Source: a virus (Duplodnaviria > Caudoviricetes). From it: DNA of 24,027 nucleotides. The translations under genes were made by a program, and so were the position numbers. The stretch lies in the IMG/VR virus record IMGVR_UViG_3300032270_000933, positions 1-24,027 of that record. The stretch is one strand, 5' to 3'. Shown here piece by piece: positions 8,048 through 16,175 of this stretch. Position 1 is the first letter of the stretch; each line of letters opens with the position of its first letter. The notes below the pieces were generated by a model, which was given only the letters and a program-made list of their open reading frames with translations, ran no database searches and was not told the DNA's origin.

Positions 8048-8563
8048 ATGAATCTAATGGGTCTAGACCTTTCTTTAACCTCTACCGGAATATCTGTGAA
8101 TGAAAAGACATTTGTGATTGCTTCTAAGCAAAAAGGTGCCGCACGTCTTTCTGAAATTAGCCAATTAGTGCTTGATTCATGTATAACCCTTGACGTCAGG
8201 TGTGTAATTATTGAAGGTTATTCATTTGCTTCCAGAAATAGCCAGGCTCATAGCATTGGTGAACTGGGCGGAGCGGTCCGTATGAGGCTCTATGAGAACA
8301 GCATTGACTATGTAGATGTACCCCCAACATGCCGAGCAAAGTTTGCTACCGGGAAAGGGAATGCTTCTAAAGGTGAAGTTATTTCAGCGGTGTCAGCAAA
8401 GACCAGGAAGGTATTTTCCGGAGGTGGTGGAAATGACGAATGTGATGCATGGGTTTTGGAGCAGATGGGTCTTGCCAAACTTGGGGAGTCAAAATGGGAT
8501 TGGTCAAAAGAACAACTTTCTGCTTTAAGCAAAGTAGAGTGGGGCTTACTATTCACCGCATAA
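8048..8563 (+). CDS. ruvC: RuvC-like Holliday junction resolvase
   Basis: MGLDLSLTSTG (D), IIEGYSF (E), KFATGKGNASKGEV, NDECDA (D..D). Start reassigned from 7985 to 8048. Confidence 0.88.
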   Translation: MNLMGLDLSLTSTGISVNEKTFVIASKQKGAARLSEISQLVLDSCITLDVRCVIIEGYSFASRNSQAHSIGELGGAVRMRLYENSIDYVDVPPTCRAKFATGKGNASKGEVISAVSAKTRKVFSGGGGNDECDAWVLEQMGLAKLGESKWDWSKEQLSALSKVEWGLLFTA

Positions 8564-8573
8564 CAGGGAAAAA

Positions 8574-8921
8574 ATGATATCTAGAAACGCCCCCATCAGT
8601 CAAGTTGACATTGAGCACGAACTCCTTCGTTTATTAGAGATGCTGGAATCAGAGACCGAGGCTTTTGAAAAACTTGCAGAGGACTCAGCAAAAAAAGAAG
8701 CCCTTTATAAATCAAACTGGGCAAAAGAATATCTTTCAGCAAAAGGTTCAATCAAAGAACGAGAGGCTTGGGCTGAATACAAACTTGCAGATGAAAACTT
8801 TGACTTTAAGATTGCTGAAGCGCTTCTTAAATCAAAACGTGAGAAGTTGCTATCTTTGCGGACTTCTATTGACGCCATGCGAACCCTGAATGCAAACGTG
8901 AGAGTGCAGGTAACACATTGA
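8574..8921 (+). CDS. Coiled-coil protein, possibly a UvsY-like recombination mediator
   Basis: All-helical 115 aa with central KGSIKEREAWA and C-terminal helix LRTSIDAMRTLNANVR. The function is inference. Confidence 0.6.
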   Translation: MISRNAPISQVDIEHELLRLLEMLESETEAFEKLAEDSAKKEALYKSNWAKEYLSAKGSIKEREAWAEYKLADENFDFKIAEALLKSKREKLLSLRTSIDAMRTLNANVRVQVTH

Positions 8922-9700
8922 TTGACAACATTTCACCAGGTCTTGAATCTCTATGTATCAACATTGAGCAACTTGTTCCGCTTAACAACAACCCTCGCAA
9001 GGGCAACATTGGGGCAATAACTGCTTCTTACTCAGAGTTTGGTCAAGTAAAACCAATCGTTGTAAAACCAAACGACGATGGGACATTTACAGTGATTGCA
9101 GGAAATCATCAACTTGAAGCAGCAAAGCGCCTCGGGTGGACAAAGATTGCCGCCGTGCAAATGGATGTAAACAATGAACGAGCAATTGCTTTTGCTCTTG
9201 CTGATAACCGCACTATGGAGATGGGTCACACAGACCAGTCTCTTCTTAATGGTCTCCTTGTTGATGTATCAGAGTTTTATCCTGAGTTATTTGAAAACCT
9301 TGGGTGGGACGAGTTTGAAATGGCCGCCATTGAGGAGTCTCATTACTCGTCTGAGGTTGTTTCACCGATTGCCGATGCATATACAACTCCAGTAATGAGA
9401 GATTTATCAAACGGTCCTTCGGAAGTAAAAATTACTGTTGAAGAATCAGATGATGGAGACAGGCGAATTGTTGCTGGTGGAGATGTGGACCATAACAAGG
9501 TTGCTGTTAGCGGAAGCACAATAACTGCTGGTGGGGCATCTTCTCAGGCTGTAGTTCAATACACGATTGTATTTGACAATCCTGAACAGCAACGCCGCTG
9601 GTATGACTTTGTTCGTTACCTGCGCAATGACCCAGGCATTTCAGGAACAACTACTGCGGAAAAGTTAATTGATTTTATTGATATGCATACAGAGGTTTAA
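8918..9700 (+). CDS. ParB/Sulfiredoxin N-terminal domain protein
   Basis: NNPRKG...SYSEFGQVKPIVV...VIAGNHQLEAAKRLGW...ALADNRT; TTG start overlapping the upstream TGA; acidic linker and small C-terminal domain. Confidence 0.85.
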   Translation: MIDNISPGLESLCINIEQLVPLNNNPRKGNIGAITASYSEFGQVKPIVVKPNDDGTFTVIAGNHQLEAAKRLGWTKIAAVQMDVNNERAIAFALADNRTMEMGHTDQSLLNGLLVDVSEFYPELFENLGWDEFEMAAIEESHYSSEVVSPIADAYTTPVMRDLSNGPSEVKITVEESDDGDRRIVAGGDVDHNKVAVSGSTITAGGASSQAVVQYTIVFDNPEQQRRWYDFVRYLRNDPGISGTTTAEKLIDFIDMHTEV

Positions 9701-9880
9701 GTGAAAATTCATAACCCCGATAACGTATATGACCTGCAGAAAATTCTTTATCAACTTCTTCGCAGTAAACGAAAATCACGAACAAATTCTGTTCTTCTGA
9801 GCAACTCTCTTATGCACGATATTTCCGAGAGAATTATCCGTCTTGAGAATAGAGTCCAAGAACTAGAGATAGATAAATGA
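9701..9880 (+). CDS. Small protein, 59 aa (MKIHNPDNVYDLQKILYQLLRSKRKSRTNS...RLENRVQELEIDK), not in the ORF track
   Basis: GTG directly after the ParB stop, GAGG RBS upstream, stop overlaps the next start (ATGA at 9877-9880). Confidence 0.7.
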   Translation: MKIHNPDNVYDLQKILYQLLRSKRKSRTNSVLLSNSLMHDISERIIRLENRVQELEIDK

Positions 9881-11019
9881 CTAGGCAGAGAATGTTTCTT
9901 GACATTGATTGTGTTGAGGCCGCAAGACAGAGAATAAGGCACGTTTATGATACTTTTGATACTGTTTGCGTTCAGTTTTCTGGAGGAAAAGATAGCACAG
10001 CAGTGCTTTACTTGGCTAAAGAAGTTCATGAAGAACGAGGACTCGGACCAGTCAAAGTAATATTCCGAGACGAAGAGATGGTTAGTCCATTGGTTCTTGA
10101 CTATGTAAACAAAGTCCGCAACTACGACTGGGTTGATATGGAGTGGTACTGCCTTCCGTACAGTTCAGAAGTTTGGGTTCTTGGCGTTAGAGAGCCTGTA
10201 GTTATGTGGAACGCCAATCGTGAGCGAGAAGGTCGCCGCGTACGACCAATACCATCATGGGCAATTACTGCTGAACACTTTGGGTTAACTGCGGATGAAG
10301 GTCTTCCAGAGAGAATTGACTACTACACCATGCAGGGCAAGACTGGTTCTGTTGCTTTTATTACCGGAGTTCGGGCTAATGAGTCAATGGTGCGTTATAG
10401 GTCTCTTGTGCAGAAACTGCACGAGAACTACATAGTTTCTCCATACAAAATGAAGAAGTCAATACCTCTTAAATTTGCAAAAGTTATTTATGACTGGCAG
10501 ACAGATGACGTACTCAAGTTCATCACAGAAGAACACGGCGCAGACTATTGCGAGTACTATGACCTTGCTGCTCTCACTGGTTCAAATACCCGAGTTGGTA
10601 TTCCTCTCCACTCTGTTGCCATTAGACGAATAGGTGACGTTGTGGCTACTGAGCCAGACTTCTATGACAGGTTGTGGGAGATTTGGCCAGACATTGATGC
10701 ACAACGCAGGTGGTGGCCTGATTTTGACATTGAAAAACTAATTAGCCGATATGCGGATGAAGGTTTTGAAGGTGCAAAAGAATGCATACGGGAAAATATT
10801 CTTGGTGATGAATTGCAACGTAGAGCAAAAGCATATGTTTCAGACTTTAGAAAAAAACATATTCTTGACCCATACTCGTACCCCATTAACTGGATGATTA
10901 GAAATCTTCTACTCAACGAAATAGCCGTAACGTCAGCCGCACCTGTTGGGCCTAAAACTAGGGCTCACACAATCAGGCAAAAAGCAGCAGAACAAGAACT
11001 GGAAAATAATGCAAATTAA
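9877..11019 (+). CDS. ibrA: IbrA-like PP-loop protein (PAPS reductase superfamily)
   Basis: PP-loop FSGGKDS, FRDEE, EWYCLP, TGVRANES..RY, IYDWQTDDV, EPDFYDRL. Lacks the CC..CxxC cluster and C-terminal ECG(L/I)H of true APS/PAPS reductases. Confidence 0.82.
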   Translation: MTRQRMFLDIDCVEAARQRIRHVYDTFDTVCVQFSGGKDSTAVLYLAKEVHEERGLGPVKVIFRDEEMVSPLVLDYVNKVRNYDWVDMEWYCLPYSSEVWVLGVREPVVMWNANREREGRRVRPIPSWAITAEHFGLTADEGLPERIDYYTMQGKTGSVAFITGVRANESMVRYRSLVQKLHENYIVSPYKMKKSIPLKFAKVIYDWQTDDVLKFITEEHGADYCEYYDLAALTGSNTRVGIPLHSVAIRRIGDVVATEPDFYDRLWEIWPDIDAQRRWWPDFDIEKLISRYADEGFEGAKECIRENILGDELQRRAKAYVSDFRKKHILDPYSYPINWMIRNLLLNEIAVTSAAPVGPKTRAHTIRQKAAEQELENNAN

Positions 11020-11557
11020 TTATATAAATATTGACGAACTAGTTGTTGCCCCATTTAAGGCAACCTATATCTTGCGTCCTGACTTGCTTGTTTTGTCTAA
11101 GTCTCTTTATGATTTTGGATTTATTTACCCACTCCTTGTACAAAAGTCAACAAATGTTGTGATTGATGGAAACGAACGGTTAATGCTTGCTCGTGGTCAG
11201 AAACAAATTCGTGAAAAAATAGGAGAAGAAATTCCTGTTGTATTTGTCGATTGCGACAGTATTGACGCAAAGTTGATGCATATCCGCATGAATCGTGGCA
11301 GAGGAACAATGCTCGCTAAACCGGTGTCAGCAATTATTAGAAACATTATGCAATCCAGAAAATATAAAAAAGAGGACATGGATTCCATTCTTCAAATGAA
11401 GCACGACGAGTACAATTTAATGATTGATGGTTCTCTTTTAAAGCACCGAAAAGTATCTGAGCATAAATATTCGCGTGCTTGGGTTCCGGTTGAGGCTCCA
11501 GCAGGTACTCTTGACTCTGGTCCAGTAACGGAGACACCTCCTAACTCAGATAGGTAG
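11009..11557 (+). CDS. ibrB: IbrB-like ParB-domain protein (182 aa)
   Basis: LSKSLYDFGFIYPLLV...VIDGNERL...HIRMNRGRG (compare IbrB IRHNRARG) and YSRAWVP. Start reassigned from 10946 to ATG 11009. Confidence 0.75.
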   Translation: MQINYINIDELVVAPFKATYILRPDLLVLSKSLYDFGFIYPLLVQKSTNVVIDGNERLMLARGQKQIREKIGEEIPVVFVDCDSIDAKLMHIRMNRGRGTMLAKPVSAIIRNIMQSRKYKKEDMDSILQMKHDEYNLMIDGSLLKHRKVSEHKYSRAWVPVEAPAGTLDSGPVTETPPNSDR

Positions 11558-11568
11558 AGCCCAGTTAG

Positions 11569-11577
11569 TGGTACAAT
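11569..11577 (+). promoter_or_regulatory. Extended -10 promoter TGGTACAAT at the head of the neck/tail operon
   Basis: TGn + TACAAT in the intergenic gap, about 30 nt before ATG 11609. Confidence 0.6.
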
Positions 11578-11608
11578 TTCATCAGTTATCTTGAGGATAG
11601 GAACACTA

Positions 11609-11785
11609 ATGGGTCAAGCAGGTAGTAGCCGGAGAGAAAGAAGCGGTCGTAGAACAAGCCGACTTCGCCGTTTGGCACGTTCTGTTGCACAAACAGGTAG
11701 ACGTCGTGGCGGTAGAGGTGGCGTTCAGGGCGAGCGTGCCCGTGACATCGTTCGGGAACTTAATCCCTTTCGTCGCCGCAGATAA
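11609..11785 (+). CDS. Arginine-rich protamine-like small protein (58 aa, 20 Arg)
   Basis: AGGA RBS 6 nt before ATG 11609; TAATAA double stop; mixed Arg codons (CGT, CGC, CGG, CGA, AGA). Confidence 0.75.
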   Translation: MGQAGSSRRERSGRRTSRLRRLARSVAQTGRRRGGRGGVQGERARDIVRELNPFRRRR

Positions 11786-11812
11786 TAATCTGCCCTAGAA
11801 CAGGGGTTTTAA

Positions 11813-12700
11813 ATGCTGGTATCAGTACAAGAACTAATTACTTACATGGATATCCGCTTTTCCCTGCGTCAGCAAGATGCGGCTGAACTCATTCTTGCAG
11901 GACTTCAAAGCGAACTTGAGTCTTACCTTAGAAGACCGATTGAAGTCACAGAGTTCACCGAAGAGTACAAGGTTCCTGCAAATAACCTGGCTATGCCGAT
12001 GTCTTCATTTTTCTACCAACAGAACCTGGAGTCTTCGTTTTATGCTGGGCAAGGCAATACGTCTCGCTCTGTAACAAACTACGCAATGCCCCCAGAGACG
12101 GTCTATTTAAGAAACTCTCCGGTGTCAAAAGTTTTGAGTGTTTCTATTCAAAACCAATGGACTACCCCGACTTATCTTGGTGAAGCGATTAAGCGAACCG
12201 CGACTGTAACGGGTGCTACTAAAGTTGGCAACAAGGTTACATTCACGTCAAATGGACACAAGTTAACGGTCGGTCAATACGTGACAATTAAGAATGCAGA
12301 CCCTATTGGGTACAACGTTATAAACAAGAAAATTGTTGAAGTTACTGCTAACTCTTTTGTTATTGACGGCGTTACAGAGTCAATTGGTGCATATGTTTCC
12401 GGCGGAAACGCAGAAGCGGTTGGGACAAACTATACGGTCAGAAGATACGGTGTTGATGTCTACAATATGGTTGCTGACGACGTTATTACAATCAACTACG
12501 AAGCAGGACTTGATGGAGACACGGTACCTGTATTTAAGTTGTTAATTCTCCGAGCCGCAACTCGTGAAATGCAAAACATGCACGACGATGTTGTTGGCGT
12601 CAAGGACTTAAACCCAAGAGGTGTTGCTCCAATGGAGACTGGTTTTACAGATAGAGAATTGGCTTCAGTAAAGAAATATAAGCGCGTCAGGGTTGCATAA
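11813..12700 (+). CDS. Head-tail adaptor/connector protein with an inserted beta-barrel domain
   Basis: MLVSVQELITYM...ELESYLRRP, LRNSPVSKV, ITINYEAG, C-terminal LASVKKYKRVRV; first gene of the neck cluster. Confidence 0.75.
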   Translation: MLVSVQELITYMDIRFSLRQQDAAELILAGLQSELESYLRRPIEVTEFTEEYKVPANNLAMPMSSFFYQQNLESSFYAGQGNTSRSVTNYAMPPETVYLRNSPVSKVLSVSIQNQWTTPTYLGEAIKRTATVTGATKVGNKVTFTSNGHKLTVGQYVTIKNADPIGYNVINKKIVEVTANSFVIDGVTESIGAYVSGGNAEAVGTNYTVRRYGVDVYNMVADDVITINYEAGLDGDTVPVFKLLILRAATREMQNMHDDVVGVKDLNPRGVAPMETGFTDRELASVKKYKRVRVA

Positions 12701-13152
12701 TGGCCGATGACGTAGTCGTACGCATTAAAGTTCACTCCCGTGAAGTGAAACGAATGCTTAACAAAATGGAAAAAAACGCACGTAGTTTTAAACCCGTATT
12801 TGTAGAGGCAGAAAGAACTTTAAAAAGAGCCTACACCGCTAACTTTGCTTCTGAAGGTGGAGCAGTTGGTGGGTGGGCACCGCTTGATGCTGACTATGCG
12901 GCATGGAAAGCAAAACACTATGGCATGGCTCCGAAACTCGTTCAAAACGGGCAACTTTTCCAAAGTATTTCAAACTTGAACGTACGAGACATTGGGGATA
13001 CTAAAGCCGTTTTTGGGACAGACCTTCCTATTGCAAAATTTCATCAATACGGAACGTGGAGCATGCCTGAAAGGCGTCTCATTTTTGAACCACCGATGTT
13101 TGCTAGAAATCTTGCTCAAGATGCTGCCGACCATGTTCTCAAGGGGGCCTAA
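12700..13152 (+). CDS. Phage virion morphogenesis / tail completion protein (Mu gpG, P2 gpS-like)
   Basis: NFASEG..GGWAPL, L...GQLFQSI, FGTDLPIAKFHQYGT.SMPERRLI. Confidence 0.85.
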   Translation: MADDVVVRIKVHSREVKRMLNKMEKNARSFKPVFVEAERTLKRAYTANFASEGGAVGGWAPLDADYAAWKAKHYGMAPKLVQNGQLFQSISNLNVRDIGDTKAVFGTDLPIAKFHQYGTWSMPERRLIFEPPMFARNLAQDAADHVLKGA

Positions 13153-13745
13153 TGGAACTTATGAATGGCTCTCAGTTTGCTAAGGACTATGTAAACGAAT
13201 ATCTTAAAAATGATTTTCCAATTCGTTTAATTAATTACCGTAACGGTTGGCAAGTTGATGACTTGAACTTACCTACTCCTGTTTCTTTCTTTACATATGA
13301 ACCCTTGGCTATGGATGCTTGGCCAACAATTATTACGGTTGTTATGTCAACAAATAAACTAGAAAGAATTGGGCATGCTGGTGGCGACCCTTTGTATCGG
13401 GTTAATTATTCTATGCGGACATACGTTTGGGTCAGGGATGAACACTCAGAGCCAACGACACGCATGCGAGACCGTCTTACAACCGTCTTGCGCTCTTCTT
13501 TGATGGATTACCCATGTTTGAAGGCTTATGACGATAGAAAGTCTTTTCGCATTGAAATTGATGAATCAAGCATCCAAGAACAGTTTTCTGATTTGACACT
13601 GCTTAAAGGTGACAGGGTTTTGGCTGGAGCCTACATATCTTACGACCTTGCAATAGATGAAGTAGTTACTAGAATGCCAATCGCACCATCGGCAGATGAA
13701 ATAAATACCACGGTTAGTATCTATTCGCTGACCTCTGAGCAATAG
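13152..13745 (+). CDS. Probable tail terminator/completion protein
   Basis: Position between the neck genes and the sheath; WPTIITV and alternating beta/alpha pattern; TAATG coupling. Confidence 0.55.
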   Translation: MELMNGSQFAKDYVNEYLKNDFPIRLINYRNGWQVDDLNLPTPVSFFTYEPLAMDAWPTIITVVMSTNKLERIGHAGGDPLYRVNYSMRTYVWVRDEHSEPTTRMRDRLTTVLRSSLMDYPCLKAYDDRKSFRIEIDESSIQEQFSDLTLLKGDRVLAGAYISYDLAIDEVVTRMPIAPSADEINTTVSIYSLTSEQ

Positions 13746-13789
13746 TCAATGATGTACAATCGTCACTAGGCAGTGATATTGGAGAAAAA

Positions 13790-14167
13790 ATGTCTCACAC
13801 CCATGAACTTGTAAAATTTAAAAGCGACAGAGCGAAGCAACTCCTTAAGGATTCGTCTAATGTTGTTGTCATTAACGTTTCAGGAAGAACCTTAACTATC
13901 GGTTCCCCTGCTGTGTCTATCTATCCTGGCGAGTCAGCAGTTGGCTGTCAAGATAATCCTTCAATTATTAAAGGACTTGAATCAAGGTCTTTGAAGATTG
14001 ACGCATCTGCCCCTCAAGTTGAGGAATTGGCAGCAAAACCAAAAAAACAAAAAGAAGAGCCCAAAGTGGAAGAAACTTTTATGACAGTTGCAGAGCCTGA
14101 GGCCGAGTCTTCTGTACAATTAGTTTCGTCCGACGACGGCGAGTTGTCATCAAGCGACACACTGTAA
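13790..14167 (+). CDS. Hypothetical protein upstream of the sheath (beta-rich N-terminus, acidic low-complexity C-terminus)
   Basis: GGAGA RBS; GTACAAT at 13754-13760 upstream. Confidence 0.7.
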   Translation: MSHTHELVKFKSDRAKQLLKDSSNVVVINVSGRTLTIGSPAVSIYPGESAVGCQDNPSIIKGLESRSLKIDASAPQVEELAAKPKKQKEEPKVEETFMTVAEPEAESSVQLVSSDDGELSSSDTL

Positions 14168-14185
14168 GACACTAAGAGAGGTCCT

Positions 14186-15649
14186 ATGCCCGGCGTTTCA
14201 ATATCGACATCAGTAAGAACTGGCCCAACAAGCAATACCGTACGTTCGTCCTCACAGGCGTTCATTATCGGTCTTGCGGAGCGCGGTCCTTCCGACGCAG
14301 CAGTTCTAATTTCAAGCCTTGCAGAGTTTGAACAGCAGTTTGGTGGCTACGTTTCGTACGCCTACCTTCAACCAACAGTTCAGACCTTCTTTGAAGAGGG
14401 TGGCACTCAGGCTTACATCGTTCGCGTTGTAGGTCCAAATGCAACTACAGGCGAGGCGCTCCTTAACGAAGGTGGCGTTGGCGGCGACGACGTAATTCGT
14501 CTTGATGCTGTTGGCGCTGGTGCTTGGAGTGCAAACCTTGAGGCGGTGACTTCAGTATCTGGCGCAGGTCGTATTGTTAAGTTGAAGTACAACGGAGAGC
14601 AAATTTTTTCTACTGGTGTCAAGTTGACGGCCGCTGCTCTTGTTAGCGCAATCAACAACAGTTCAATTGCGTCAAGTTACGTAACTGCAACTCTCCTTCT
14701 TGAGACTCTTCCAGAGGCAACTACCGTTACATTTAGCACTGGCGATGACGATAGAACCGACAACACTGTTGATTCATCATTCACCGCCTATGTTGATGCT
14801 CTTGAACTCTTCCTTGATGCTTACGGAGATGGTGCAGTTCTTTGCCCAGAAACCCATGCAATCAATGCAGAATTGGTTCTTCACGCAAACGAGTACTCTC
14901 GTGTTGCTCTTCTTCATGGAGCAGATGATGTTTCAGTAGAAGACCTCACAAGTGCAGTGCAAGACATTGCTGCTGAACTCAACGCAGAACACGCAGCAAT
15001 GTATTACCCTTGGGTTTATATCCCAAGCAATGTCCCAGGCGTGAATAGACTTATTCCTCCAACCGGATATGCAGCAGGAAAGCGTGCACTTGCACACAAC
15101 CAGACTGGCCCTCATCAGCCAGCCGCTGGTCTCATTTCTTCATCAAAGTTTGTAAACGGTGTTTACGCAAGCATCAACCGTACTCTCGGTGACACGCTTG
15201 ACGCAGCATCAATCAACGCGATTAGAGTTATTGCAAATACTGTCCGCATCTACGGTGCGCGTTCATGTTCTGCAGATACTGACAACTTCCGCTTCATTAC
15301 GGCACAAGATACCGTTAACACGGTTGTCACACAGGCTAACGTAACTCTTGAAGACCTCGTCTTCTCGGTTATCGACGCTCGCGGCGGTTTGTTCTCCTCA
15401 ATCACCGGACGAATGATTTCAATTTGCGAAAACTTGAAGTCAATCGGCGCTCTTTATGAGGGATACAACGCTGTTGGAAAATTAGTTGACCCTGGATACA
15501 CCGTCAAGTGCGATGCATCAATCAACTCAATTGCCTCATTGTCCGAAGGCCGTATCAACGTCCAAGTCGGCGTACGCGTATCAAGCATTGGTGACACAAT
15601 TGACGTGACAATTGTGAAGTCAAACCTATCAACAACAGTCACACTCTAA
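14186..15649 (+). CDS. Contractile tail sheath protein
   Basis: MPGVSI, AFIIGLAERGP, SLAEFEQQFGG, AMYYPWV, IPPTGYAAG, INAIR...RIYGARS. Confidence 0.93.
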   Translation: MPGVSISTSVRTGPTSNTVRSSSQAFIIGLAERGPSDAAVLISSLAEFEQQFGGYVSYAYLQPTVQTFFEEGGTQAYIVRVVGPNATTGEALLNEGGVGGDDVIRLDAVGAGAWSANLEAVTSVSGAGRIVKLKYNGEQIFSTGVKLTAAALVSAINNSSIASSYVTATLLLETLPEATTVTFSTGDDDRTDNTVDSSFTAYVDALELFLDAYGDGAVLCPETHAINAELVLHANEYSRVALLHGADDVSVEDLTSAVQDIAAELNAEHAAMYYPWVYIPSNVPGVNRLIPPTGYAAGKRALAHNQTGPHQPAAGLISSSKFVNGVYASINRTLGDTLDAASINAIRVIANTVRIYGARSCSADTDNFRFITAQDTVNTVVTQANVTLEDLVFSVIDARGGLFSSITGRMISICENLKSIGALYEGYNAVGKLVDPGYTVKCDASINSIASLSEGRINVQVGVRVSSIGDTIDVTIVKSNLSTTVTL

Positions 15650-15662
15650 CTAGGAGTCAATC

Positions 15663-16115
15663 ATGAAACTTTCACAGAGGCAAATTCTTGCGGAAATTGT
15701 TCCAGTAAATAGCAATCACCCAAAGTGGACAAAATTTAAATTTGCTCAAGTATCTGGTGGAGAAATCACTGCTTCAGTTGAGAAGATTTACGAAGGTGGC
15801 TCAACGTTCCCTACAGTACTTTGTGCTCCTGCTGAAATTGGCGACATCACATTGACTGCTCATTATGACAGCGACACGACAGATACCGACACAACCCTTG
15901 GTATTGCAAAGAAGATTTCTGATTTGCGCAAACTTGTTGGTCGTGCTTACTATAACGTGAACATCACCATGTATAACTGCGACATTGCTGAACTCGGCAC
16001 TGACCGTACTTACACAAACTGCCTTCTTGTTGGAATCACAGAGCCAGACGGTGACTCATCATCAGGTGCTCCTGCAACTTTTGCCCTTACATTCGCAGTA
16101 CAGAGCGTCGCTTAA
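15663..16115 (+). CDS. Tail tube protein (T4 gp19-like fold)
   Basis: Follows the sheath; FAQVSGGE...YEGG...IGDITLT; 150 aa; AGGAG RBS. Confidence 0.82.
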   Translation: MKLSQRQILAEIVPVNSNHPKWTKFKFAQVSGGEITASVEKIYEGGSTFPTVLCAPAEIGDITLTAHYDSDTTDTDTTLGIAKKISDLRKLVGRAYYNVNITMYNCDIAELGTDRTYTNCLLVGITEPDGDSSSGAPATFALTFAVQSVA

Positions 16116-16160
16116 TACAATAACGTTTTACACGATTATTGCGCACATGGTTAAAACCTG

Positions 16161-16175
16161 TGCTATTGTGCACCC
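16161..16175 (+). promoter_or_regulatory. Extended -10 promoter TGCTATTGT, leaderless start of the chaperone gene
   Basis: TGC TATTGT GCACCC ATG: 6 nt to ATG 16176, no SD. Confidence 0.55.

Noticed and set aside
9877-11019. cysH auxiliary metabolic gene for sulfate assimilation
   Set aside because: Lacks the C-terminal ECG(L/I)H catalytic motif and the Fe-S cysteines; motifs and the IbrB-like neighbour fit the IbrA subfamily.
8918-11557. ParABS partition system of a plasmid prophage
   Set aside because: No ParA Walker ATPase, no evident HTH after the ParB domains and no parS-like repeats seen.
5676-11608. Longer starts given by the ORF track (5676, 7985, 10946, 11591)
   Set aside because: Downstream ATGs (5694, 8048, 11009, 11609) fit stop-start overlaps, RBS or promoter spacing and domain boundaries better.
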